Below are positions 17,793 through 25,797 of a stretch of 64,000 nt of DNA, in pieces. Position 1 is the first letter of the stretch. Each line of letters begins with the position of its first letter. Below the pieces are notes generated by a model, which saw only the letters and a program-made list of their open reading frames with translations, had not been told where the DNA came from and made no database searches. The position numbers were made by a program, and so were the translations under genes. Source of the DNA: an uncultured bacterium (lineage in GTDB: Bacteria; Patescibacteriota; Saccharimonadia; Saccharimonadales; 2-12-FULL-41-12); contig CAWIAU010000001.1 of assembly GCA_963834265.1 (NCBI GenBank), forward strand, positions 391,572 to 455,571. Direction: 5' to 3'.

Positions 17793-18476
17793 ATGATTTT
17801 GCTGGACAGGGTAACTAAGACATATGGCAAAGGCAACGGATCGGCGCTGGATCGTATCAATCTGCATGTTGAACCCAAAGAATTTGTAATTGTAGTCGGA
17901 CAAAGCGGAGCGGGCAAATCCACATTACTGAAGTTGCTGACCCGCGAAGAACGGCCCACAAGTGGCAAGATTATTGTGGGTGGTATCGACTACGAACGTC
18001 TCAAAGACCGTAATATTCCAAGGCTGCGCCGTCGTATAGGCGTGGTATTCCAGGATTTCAAGTTATTACCCAATAAGACAGTTTTCGAGAATGTCGCTTT
18101 CGCGCTCGAAATTGTCGGTATGAGCAACCGTGAAATCAAACACACTGTTCCCAAAGTCCTGAATATCGTCGGTTTGAAAGGCAAGGAAAAGAGCTACCCC
18201 CGCGAGCTTTCCGGCGGAGAACGACAGCGTGTAGCAATTGCCCGGGCCGTAGTACGTCAGCCCAAGATACTAATCGCCGACGAACCAACAGGCAACCTTG
18301 ATCCTAAGCATGCATGGGACGTCATCAAAGTACTGGAAAAGATTAACAGATACGGAACCACTGTTCTGCTGACCACCCATAACCAGGATATTGTTAATCG
18401 TCTCAGGCGCCGCGTAGTGACAATTAAAGATGGCAGAGTCGTTAGTGACAAAGCCAATGCTCAGTACGAGCTGTAG
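17793..18476 (+). CDS. ftsE: cell division ATP-binding protein FtsE
   Basis: ABC ATPase motifs GQSGAGKST, LSGGERQRVAIARA and ILIADEPTGNLD. Immediately followed by ftsX. Confidence 0.9.
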   Translation: MILLDRVTKTYGKGNGSALDRINLHVEPKEFVIVVGQSGAGKSTLLKLLTREERPTSGKIIVGGIDYERLKDRNIPRLRRRIGVVFQDFKLLPNKTVFENVAFALEIVGMSNREIKHTVPKVLNIVGLKGKEKSYPRELSGGERQRVAIARAVVRQPKILIADEPTGNLDPKHAWDVIKVLEKINRYGTTVLLTTHNQDIVNRLRRRVVTIKDGRVVSDKANAQYEL

Positions 18477-18494
18477 CGGACCAGGTCATCATAT

Positions 18495-19472
18495 ATGAAA
18501 CATGATTTGATTACACTGGAGCGGATATTCAAAACCGGATTTATCAATTTCATCCGCAATGCCTCTTTATCAATCGCTGCTACAGCAGTAATGGTCGTTA
18601 CGCTCACTATAGTTTTGTTCTCGGTTATTGCCAACGCTACTTTTTCTCACACCGTGTCTGAAATTAATAAAACAATAGATATATCGGTTTATCTCAAAGA
18701 TTCAGTGACAGAAGATCAACGCAACAAGCTTATCAACGAACTGAAGGGTCTGCAGAATGTCCGGGCTGTAGAATATCTCAACAAAGAACAGGCACTCGAG
18801 AGTTACCGTGAGCAAAACAAAGATGACGTAGGCCTGTTACTGGCTATCTCCCAGGCTGATAATCCCTTGCCTGCAACAATTCGAATCAAACCAATAGATC
18901 CGGCCAGGAACGATGATATCAAAGCAGTCCTTGATAAGCCGGAGATAAGCGCTCTCCAGTCGGATGAAACATCCTATGCAGGTGAGCGCAAACAAAACAT
19001 TGATGAAATCACTAAATCCACATCATTTTTTCGCAAAGCGATTTTTGCCTCGGCTCTGGTCTTTGCTTTGATATCCATGATGATCATCTTCAATACAATT
19101 CAAATGGCCATTTTTAACCGCCGGGAAGAACTGACAATCATGAGATTACTCGGCGCGGGTACATGGTACATCCGCGGTCCCTTTATTGTCGAAACTATGC
19201 TCTATGGAGTTATCGCTGCGATCGTATCTATCAGCCTGTGTAATTTTCTGCTTATTGCGCAGGAGAGGGCTTTTGGTACCAGCAGTCTGAGCTTACTTGA
19301 TATCAATTATGCTACTGACTACTTTGCGAAGAATTTCTCAATATTTTTTGTTGCACTGCTGTTTGCCGGAATAATGATCGGCGCGTTATCATCCCTGATT
19401 GCCACCAAGCGCTACCTCAAATTCAACCAGAACTCTACCGTACGCCGCCGCATCCGCCGCAAAAAGAAATAG
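18495..19472 (+). CDS. ftsX: cell division permease-like protein FtsX
   Basis: N-terminal TM, periplasmic/extracellular loop domain, then three C-terminal TMs (FtsX layout). Adjacent to ftsE. Confidence 0.85.
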   Translation: MKHDLITLERIFKTGFINFIRNASLSIAATAVMVVTLTIVLFSVIANATFSHTVSEINKTIDISVYLKDSVTEDQRNKLINELKGLQNVRAVEYLNKEQALESYREQNKDDVGLLLAISQADNPLPATIRIKPIDPARNDDIKAVLDKPEISALQSDETSYAGERKQNIDEITKSTSFFRKAIFASALVFALISMMIIFNTIQMAIFNRREELTIMRLLGAGTWYIRGPFIVETMLYGVIAAIVSISLCNFLLIAQERAFGTSSLSLLDINYATDYFAKNFSIFFVALLFAGIMIGALSSLIATKRYLKFNQNSTVRRRIRRKKK

Positions 19473-19504
19473 CACTCTTTATTTAAAAAGACAAAAATTA
19501 TTAT

Positions 19505-19770
19505 GTAAAAATCAGTTTCAAGCCGGCCTGAAAGGCCGTCCCGACTTCCTTTTTGTGCCAACAAAAACGAAGCGAAAAAATGGCAGGCGATTACAGCTTC
19601 TTTATGATCTCATTGTCAAAAGACACAATGCTCGGCAAACTAGTCGTTTCATTATTAATTTCCATAGAATGAAACGCCGTCAAACACTGCCTCGACTCTA
19701 ATTGTGCTTTTGACACTCGCTCATCAGGAACCAGTAAAGCCTGGTTAAAATCCATGGACTAAAGTATTTA
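19505..19770 (-). repeat. structured intergenic element, copy 2 (minus orientation; unique 3' tail)
   Basis: The reverse complement reads TCCATGGATTTT...CCTGATGAGCGAGTGTCAAAAGCACAATTAGAGTCGAGG...hairpin CGTTTCATT/AATGAAACG...GAGCATTGTGTCTTTTGACAATGAGATCATAAAG, then two hairpins and TTGAAACTG. Confidence 0.8.
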
Positions 19771-19838
19771 TATATCCGACACTGAATACGAGTATAGAAA
19801 CTTTTAAGCAGTTGCTGTTATTTATTAAAGATCAAAAG

Positions 19839-19867
19839 TTGTTATATATGCGAACTTAGTATATTAT
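19839..19867 (+). promoter_or_regulatory. sigma70-like promoter TTGTTA-17-TATTAT for ORF 19894
   Basis: -35 box at 19839-19844, 17-nt spacer, -10 box at 19862-19867, 27 nt upstream of the ATG. Confidence 0.5.
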
Positions 19868-19893
19868 TATAAGTAATTAAGTGCGGGAATTAA

Positions 19894-20505
19894 ATGAGTG
19901 AAACTGATAGAAGTAGAGAATTAGAACCTGCGGCTTCAGATCAGGTTGCCGAGCTATACTGGCTGGTTCATACCGGATTAAGTTTAGTAAATCGTAATGA
20001 TACAGTTGGCGGGGATTTTAGTTATTTTACTGCTTCCAGAACCTATGCCGATGATACTTATGATGGATATATTCAAGGTGATCTCGTCAATCCTTTAGCA
20101 GAGTTCAATACAACTGGCTGCATTGCAATTATTGGAACCGGAGAGCTCGCTGAAAAAACAAGTATAACAACATTGGAGCAAACACGAGAATTACCGCATT
20201 TTATAACAGGATTTTATCTTTTCCATCAAGACACACGATTAGAAATTCGTAAGCATACTACTCTAGGGAAGCCAATTGATATAGATGTCAGAAAAGAAGC
20301 AGAGAAATTTGAGGACGGGAGCCTGGAAAATGATTTTGACTTAGGCACGGTAAGCCGACGAGAGATATCAGAGCTTATCAAGCAGGTAAAGCAAGCACTG
20401 GGTTTAGAAAAGACCGCAGAGCTTACGTTTAAAACTTTTGTTAAACAGCATGTTCTAGGATGGCTGGGAAAAGCTGGTATAGGTCATTTTAAGCGAGATA
20501 GGTAA
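19894..20505 (+). CDS. hypothetical protein (203 aa orphan) bracketed by inverted element copies 2 and 3
   Basis: ORF with its own promoter. No domain recognised. By eye more AT-rich than its neighbours (not computed). Confidence 0.55.
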   Translation: MSETDRSRELEPAASDQVAELYWLVHTGLSLVNRNDTVGGDFSYFTASRTYADDTYDGYIQGDLVNPLAEFNTTGCIAIIGTGELAEKTSITTLEQTRELPHFITGFYLFHQDTRLEIRKHTTLGKPIDIDVRKEAEKFEDGSLENDFDLGTVSRREISELIKQVKQALGLEKTAELTFKTFVKQHVLGWLGKAGIGHFKRDR

Positions 20506-20523
20506 AAGTTCTCAATTCCTGAT

Positions 20524-20757
20524 TCCGTTCAGGCCCGAAAAGCTCCTGATGAGCGAGTGTCAAAAGCACAATTAGAGCCGAGGGGTTGTTTGAGACCTGT
20601 CTATCTTAAGTAATAAAGACAGGTTGAGTTACCCGAGCATTGTGCTCTTTGACAATGAGATCCTCAAGAGCTTTTAGAGCCTGTTGCTTCTTTGCCTACT
20701 TTCTGGTCAACACAAGAAAGTAGGTTGAGGTGACGCAAAGCGTCAACTTGAAATGAA
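20524..20757 (+). repeat. structured intergenic element, copy 3 (head missing or divergent; 3' tail as in copy 6)
   Basis: TCAGG(20529-33)/CCTGA(20545-49); long stem 20560-20572 / 20639-20652; apical hairpin ACCTGTCT(20595-602)/AGACAGGT(20617-24); CCTACTTTCT(20695-704)/AGAAAGTAGG(20715-24); GACGC/GCGTC; TTGAAATG. Confidence 0.85.
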
Positions 20758-21007
20758 TTTCTTCAAATCTAACTTTTTTCTTCTCATAAGGGAATGAGCC
20801 TCAAGGCTCGTGTTATACTTTATATACAGATACATTCCAGCTGTAACAGTAGTATCTGCTTATTCGCAAAAAATAGAAGTATATGCAGGGCCAAAATAAT
20901 TAGAAATTAAATCTGTTGGAGTCAACAGATAAATTCTCCGTTTTCAGCGGGGAGAGGGGTTGATTATTTTGCTTATGCATGCTAGTATAGAAGCGTTACA
21001 TAAAAAA

Positions 21008-22144
21008 ATGAAAAACATCAAAAATAAAATGCTTTCAACACCTCTTCTGCGCGGCGCGGCAACACTGGGTATTACGGCGATATTTGGAGTCAGTGTTTTG
21101 GTGCACACCTTTGTTCAGGCTGACCAGTTTCAGGCACAGATTGATGCGATTAATCACGATAGCAGTCTCAAAAAAGACGCTCAGGGCCAGTTAGGTGCTC
21201 AGGCTGCAGGTTTATCAGACACAATTGCCAAGCTGCAGGGAGAAATTCAGGCGTTAGAGCGTCAGATTGTTGCGAACCAGCAAAAAGCTGATGATTTACG
21301 TGCTCAGATAGTGGCCGCGGAGGCCGAGCTGGCCAGGCAGAAGGCTATGCTGGGTGACATGATCAAAGCTATGTATCTGGAAGGCGATATTACTACTGTA
21401 GAAATGCTGGCTTCCAGCAAGGATCTTAGTGATTATTTTGACAAACAACAATATCAGGAAACTGTACGTAATAAAATCAAAGCTACTGTCGATAAAGTCA
21501 CACAGCTTAAACTCGACCTCAATACCCAGAAAGAAACACTGGAAAAGCTGATAGCTGATCAACAGCTTATAAGAGAACAGGTTAATGCCCAGCGCGCCGA
21601 ACAGGACCGTCTGCTTGCCCTAAATCAGAGCGAGCAAAGTGCTCTGGATCAGCAGATAAGAGCTAATAGCGGTAAGGTTGCCGAGCTGCGAGCCGCACAG
21701 GCTGCAGAGAACGCCAAGCGTTTCCGTGGTAGCGGTGTAAAGGTTGTGGCCGGCTCAAACGGCAACGATACGTATCCTGCAATATGGCGAAATTCACCTC
21801 AGGATAGCCTTGTAGACAGCTGGGGTATGTACAACCGCGAATGTGTTAGCTGGACTGCATGGAAAGTGCATTATAGTGGCCGGCACATGCCTTATTGGGG
21901 TGGAATCGGCAACGCCAACCAGTGGGATGATAATGCTCGTCGGGCTGGAATACCGGTAGATGGCAACCCGAGGGCTGGCGACATAGCTGTTGCGCACTGG
22001 GGCTACTACGGACATGTGATGTATGTCGAGTCAGTAAATCCCAACGGTACCATCAATATCAGTCAGTACAATTATGACTTCAACGGGACGTACTCTGAAG
22101 CTTATAACTTCCCGACAGCTGGTCTTGTATTCATCCACTTCTAA
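21008..22144 (+). CDS. coiled-coil + CHAP-domain peptidoglycan hydrolase (PcsB-like)
   Basis: Signal/anchor segment, then ~230 aa of heptad-like Q/A/L-rich sequence, then a C-terminal CHAP domain (NRECVSWTAW...GHVMYVESV). The ORF track starts at TTG 20960; ATG 21008 is preferred. Confidence 0.75.
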   Translation: MKNIKNKMLSTPLLRGAATLGITAIFGVSVLVHTFVQADQFQAQIDAINHDSSLKKDAQGQLGAQAAGLSDTIAKLQGEIQALERQIVANQQKADDLRAQIVAAEAELARQKAMLGDMIKAMYLEGDITTVEMLASSKDLSDYFDKQQYQETVRNKIKATVDKVTQLKLDLNTQKETLEKLIADQQLIREQVNAQRAEQDRLLALNQSEQSALDQQIRANSGKVAELRAAQAAENAKRFRGSGVKVVAGSNGNDTYPAIWRNSPQDSLVDSWGMYNRECVSWTAWKVHYSGRHMPYWGGIGNANQWDDNARRAGIPVDGNPRAGDIAVAHWGYYGHVMYVESVNPNGTINISQYNYDFNGTYSEAYNFPTAGLVFIHF

Positions 22145-22273
22145 CAAATAACCTTTGTCAGGTGATCGCACAAATCAAAGAAGTTTAAAATATTGCTTTT
22201 GGTTAGCGTTTATAACTGTTTTTACGGTAGAATATAGAATATATAGAAAATTAACAGAGAGGGGTGGCAACAC

Positions 22274-23512
22274 TTGAATTACATGGCAAATTATCCGGCT
22301 CCCACGGAGCCGGCACCGAAGCGGGGTATCCCGGGGGCTTTAAAGTTAGCAGCAGTCGGGGCAGTATCAATAGTTATGTTCGGCATAGGCGTTCTGACAG
22401 GGCAGGGCAGGATCAGCTTTAGCTCTGACAAACCCGCTAACCAATCAGTACAGAAACAACCGGCCGGCAAATTTGATTACTCGTCTATTGAGGGATTATC
22501 AGCTCAGCTACGCCAGAATTTTGACGGCGAACTGGATAATGCCAAACTGGAAGAGGGACTAAAAGAGGGACTGGTCAAAGCCGCCGGTGACCCATACACC
22601 GAGTACTTCAATGCCGAGGGGAGTAAAGAGCTTCAGGAGCAGTTAAGCGGCTCGTTCGAAGGGATAGGCGCTGAACTTGGTAAACAGGAAGATGCAATTG
22701 TGATCATTTCGCCGATTGCAGGCTTCCCCGCAGAGAAAGCCGGGATGAAACCGCGTGATATTATCTACGAAATAAACGGCAAGACAGCGGCTGACATATC
22801 AATCAGTGAGGCGGTCAAACAGATCCGCGGGCCCAAAGGCACCAAAGTTAAACTGACAGTTATACGTGATGGTCAGAAGCTGGACTTCGAAATCACCCGT
22901 GAACAGATCAGCATCCCGAGTGTTACTAGTGAGATTGTAACCGGGAACATCGGTATTATCAAAATCTCACGTTTCGGTGAAGATACGGTGGACTTAGCCT
23001 CCAAAGCCGCTACTGATTTCAAAGCAAAAGGTGTAACCGGCGTCATATTGGATCTTCGCGGGAACCCCGGTGGTTATCTGGAAGGATCGGTCAAAATCAG
23101 CAGCCTGTGGCTGGACAAAGGCAAACTGGTCGTTGAAGAAAAACGTGGCGACAAGGTAATAAAAGACCACAAAGCTACCGGTAATTCGATATTATTCGGT
23201 ATACCGACAGTAGTGTTAATCGACGAGGGTAGCGCCAGTGCCAGCGAAATCGTAGCCGGTGCACTCAAGGATCACAAAGCCGCGACAATCATGGGAACCA
23301 AAAGTTATGGCAAGGGCAGTGTTCAGCAGGTCCTGCCGCTGAATGACGGAGGTACGCTTAAGGTCACAGTAGCCCGCTGGTTCACGCCGGCCGGCCGTAA
23401 CATCGATAAAGAGGGTATAGAACCTGATCAGAAAACTGATCGGAGTACAGAAGACATCAAGGCCAACAAAGATCCACAGAAAGATGCGGCACTTTCCAAG
23501 CTCAAGAAGTAA
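22274..23512 (+). CDS. S41 carboxyl-terminal processing protease with PDZ domain
   Basis: GIGAELG...PIAGFPAEKAGMKPRDIIYEINGK (PDZ); DLRGNPGGYL and GSASASEIVAGALKD (S41 Ser/Lys region). Confidence 0.85.
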   Translation: MNYMANYPAPTEPAPKRGIPGALKLAAVGAVSIVMFGIGVLTGQGRISFSSDKPANQSVQKQPAGKFDYSSIEGLSAQLRQNFDGELDNAKLEEGLKEGLVKAAGDPYTEYFNAEGSKELQEQLSGSFEGIGAELGKQEDAIVIISPIAGFPAEKAGMKPRDIIYEINGKTAADISISEAVKQIRGPKGTKVKLTVIRDGQKLDFEITREQISIPSVTSEIVTGNIGIIKISRFGEDTVDLASKAATDFKAKGVTGVILDLRGNPGGYLEGSVKISSLWLDKGKLVVEEKRGDKVIKDHKATGNSILFGIPTVVLIDEGSASASEIVAGALKDHKAATIMGTKSYGKGSVQQVLPLNDGGTLKVTVARWFTPAGRNIDKEGIEPDQKTDRSTEDIKANKDPQKDAALSKLKK

Positions 23513-23591
23513 AACTCTCAAACCGGATAAAATTCATGGACTGACGCATATAGTGGAAGAGAAACCGTATCAGATGAACCGGGAGGTGTGC

Positions 23592-23620
23592 TTGACAAAA
23601 GTGAGGAAGTAGTGTAGTAT
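23592..23620 (+). promoter_or_regulatory. consensus promoter TTGACA-17-TAGTAT for ORF 23660
   Basis: -35 box at 23592-23597, 17-nt spacer, -10 box at 23615-23620. Confidence 0.55.
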
Positions 23621-23659
23621 GTAAGTATCGTTTTCAAAAACAAAAAACAAGGAAAAATT

Positions 23660-23899
23660 ATGAATGCCCCAAACGAAATAACAACTCAAACCTCAGCTGT
23701 AGCCACTCACGATTTAGGTAATACCGCTTTAACCGGTTCCACACCAATACCCAGAGGAGGTTGGCAGGATCCGATAGACGCAAATCCTGAAGCAGAACAT
23801 CAGGCACAACTGGCATCACCAGTTGCGCAAAATCCGGCCAGAGCAAATGAGCAAATGGCACAGGCAGCCCCGCCCGAAATTCCCGGCTGGCACGAATAG
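23660..23899 (+). CDS. small hypothetical protein (79 aa, Pro/Ala/Gln-rich)
   Basis: Follows a consensus promoter and an AAGGA RBS. Repeat copy 4 starts 2 nt after its TAG stop. Confidence 0.4.
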   Translation: MNAPNEITTQTSAVATHDLGNTALTGSTPIPRGGWQDPIDANPEAEHQAQLASPVAQNPARANEQMAQAAPPEIPGWHE

Positions 23900-23900
23900 A

Positions 23901-24190
23901 AATCAAAATTATCGAAGTAATTTTTCCATGGATTTTCTCAGGCCTGAAAAGCTCCTTGACGTGGCGAGTGTTAAAAGTACAATTAGAGCCAAGGCAGTGT
24001 TTGAAGATATTTCATTCTAAAAATCAATAAAAGAAATATCAAGTTTGCCGGGCATTGTTCTCTTTGACAGTGAGATCATAAAAAAGATTTTCGTGTCCTG
24101 CGGCGTTTTTGGATACTTTTGTTGCTGCAGGCAAAAGTATCGACTTGGTTCTTCGTCGGAAGAACATTGCTTTGGTTCTTTTAAGAACAC
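23901..24190 (+). repeat. structured intergenic element, copy 4 (chimeric: apical domain as in copies 2/3/6, 3' tail as in copies 1/5)
   Basis: AATCAAAATTATCGAAGTAATTTTTCCATGGATTTTCTCAGGCCTGAAAAG...; long stem TTAAAAGTACAAT/ATTGTTCTCTTTGA; apical hairpin GATATTTC/GAAATATC; 3' hairpins ATACTTTTGT/GCAAAAGTAT and GTTCTTC/GAAGAAC. Confidence 0.85.
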
Positions 24191-24238
24191 TCCCATTGTG
24201 TGAGATAATAAGAGGCAAGTTATAGCCATATATTATTA

Positions 24239-25393
24239 ATGAGTAAATTCAAGTCCAAAAAGAAAGTTCAGCCGGCGCGTTTCGATATGCATCGTACAAT
24301 TGCATATCCGGCCCGTGAGTATTCAAAGCAACCTGTCGAGCAGATTGAAGAACCGGCAAAAAAGCGGTTTTTTACCTGGAAAAAGGGAATATTACTTTTA
24401 ATTCTGTTTATACTAACGCCTTTGCTGATAATTGGTATCTGGAATGCCCGTAATTTTTCGCAGGCCAGCAAAAAGCTTTTTGGCAGCGGCAATATTCTGC
24501 AGCTTTTGAACTCCACTCCGCTCAAAAGCACCGAACAGGGGCGGGTAAATATGCTGCTAATCGGCTATTCTGCCGATGATCCCGGCCACGCCGGAGGCAC
24601 GCTGACAGACTCAATCATGGTTCTGAGTCTCGATAAAAACACGAATACCGGCTATATGCTCAGTATTCCGCGTGATTTATATGTTGATATCCCTGGCTAT
24701 GGTTACGCTAAAATCAATGAAGCCTTTCAGAATGGCAAAATGGATGACTTCAGTGAAGCCGGCTATTCCTCCGGCGGCAGCGGTTTACTGGAAAAAATTA
24801 TAGATGAAAACTTCGGTATAAAAGTCCATTATTATACTATTATCAACTATGGTGCCGTGAAGGATATGGTCAGTGCGCTGAATGGTATTACTATTGATAT
24901 AAAGAGCGATGATGTGCGAGGGTTATATGATCCCAACTTTCTGCCCCGCGAAGGCGGACCGCTCAAGCTGTCGAACGGACCGCAGCAAATTGATTCGGAG
25001 ACTGCTCTCAAACTGACACGTGCCCGTGGGGCGGCAGGCAATTCCTACGGCTTTGCGCGCTCTGACTACAACCGTGCCCAGCATCAGCGTCAGGTACTTG
25101 CGGCCATCAAAGACAAAATCAGCTGGGAGCTCATTCTGGATCCCCGCCGGAATGATAAATTATTTGACGCCGCGGCCAATAATATCAAAACTAATTTACA
25201 GGCCGGTGAAGCTTTGCCATTCTACAGACTATTTAATGGTGTTCCGGCTGCCGGTCTGGAGCCGATTGGCCTCAACGACATAGGCGGAACAGACCTGCTA
25301 CGCAGCTATCAGACACCGAATGGCCAGTCAGCTCTGATCCCTGCTGCCGGAATCGATAACTACCTTCAGATTCGTAAGGCCTTAAACAGGTAA
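24239..25393 (+). CDS. LytR-CpsA-Psr (LCP) family cell-wall polymer ligase
   Basis: N-terminal TM followed by the LCP core (VNMLLIGYSADD...TDSIMVLSLD...SIPRDLYVDIPGYGYAKINEAF). Confidence 0.85.
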   Translation: MSKFKSKKKVQPARFDMHRTIAYPAREYSKQPVEQIEEPAKKRFFTWKKGILLLILFILTPLLIIGIWNARNFSQASKKLFGSGNILQLLNSTPLKSTEQGRVNMLLIGYSADDPGHAGGTLTDSIMVLSLDKNTNTGYMLSIPRDLYVDIPGYGYAKINEAFQNGKMDDFSEAGYSSGGSGLLEKIIDENFGIKVHYYTIINYGAVKDMVSALNGITIDIKSDDVRGLYDPNFLPREGGPLKLSNGPQQIDSETALKLTRARGAAGNSYGFARSDYNRAQHQRQVLAAIKDKISWELILDPRRNDKLFDAAANNIKTNLQAGEALPFYRLFNGVPAAGLEPIGLNDIGGTDLLRSYQTPNGQSALIPAAGIDNYLQIRKALNR

Positions 25394-25488
25394 TTCAGAA
25401 ATATTACATAGTGTTAATTTTCTAACTGTGAAATAATTCCCTAAGCTATATTATTATACTGTTAACAATTAATTAAGGAGTAACAATC

Positions 25489-25611
25489 ATGGCAGACAAG
25501 AAACCAAGTATCACCGATCAGGCCAGTGAAGCAGGCGAAAAGGCGCGTAAAGCCTGGGAAGAGAATAAGAAAGAAACCCGAAAAAAACAGCTGCTTAATG
25601 GCGGCTTGTAG
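25489..25611 (+). CDS. small hypothetical protein (40 aa)
   Basis: AAGGAG RBS at 25475-25480, 8 nt upstream of the ATG. Ends at a TAG that is in frame with the next small ORF. Confidence 0.3.
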   Translation: MADKKPSITDQASEAGEKARKAWEENKKETRKKQLLNGGL

Positions 25612-25623
25612 AATAGCGATAGT

Positions 25624-25797
25624 ATGAATAAATACGGGCCGAAGGCAGGTGCAGAGGTTGAGAAAGCGGTGCACGATTATAAGGCCGGGAAACTAAAGTC
25701 CGGTCAAAGTGAGCAGAAAGTAACCAGTCGCAAACAGGCGGTAGCTATAGGCTTATCCATAGCCCGCAAAAAAGGTGCCAAAGCTCCCAGACGGTGA
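25624..25797 (+). CDS. small basic protein, DUF6496-like
   Basis: 57 aa: HDYKAGKLKSGQSEQKVTSRKQAVAIGLSIARKKGAKAP, which resembles that family as I recall it. Its stop overlaps the GTG start of the next gene (GTGA). Confidence 0.4.
   Translation: MNKYGPKAGAEVEKAVHDYKAGKLKSGQSEQKVTSRKQAVAIGLSIARKKGAKAPRR

Noticed and set aside
19580-19756. A short ORF starts at the conserved CCATGG of the repeat (MDF...). It is 58 aa and open in copy 2, with recurring peptide-like strings (PDERVSKAQLE; PSIVLFDNEIIK).
   Set aside because: The frame is broken by stops in copies 3 and 6 (copy 6 stops after 6 codons), and copy 5 lacks the ATG. The two 'conserved peptides' are encoded by mutually complementary arms of a stem, and substitutions are compensatory at the nucleotide level rather than synonymous.
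20546-20553. CUGAUGAG, the hammerhead ribozyme core heptamer plus G, is conserved in most copies of the repeat, with a GAAA a few nt upstream.
   Set aside because: The GAAA lies only ~5 nt 5' of CUGAUGA, and no helix I/III or cleavage-site arrangement (type I, II or III permutation) can be drawn. The motif instead forms the 3' half of the TCAGG/CCTGA hairpin and one strand of an internal loop.
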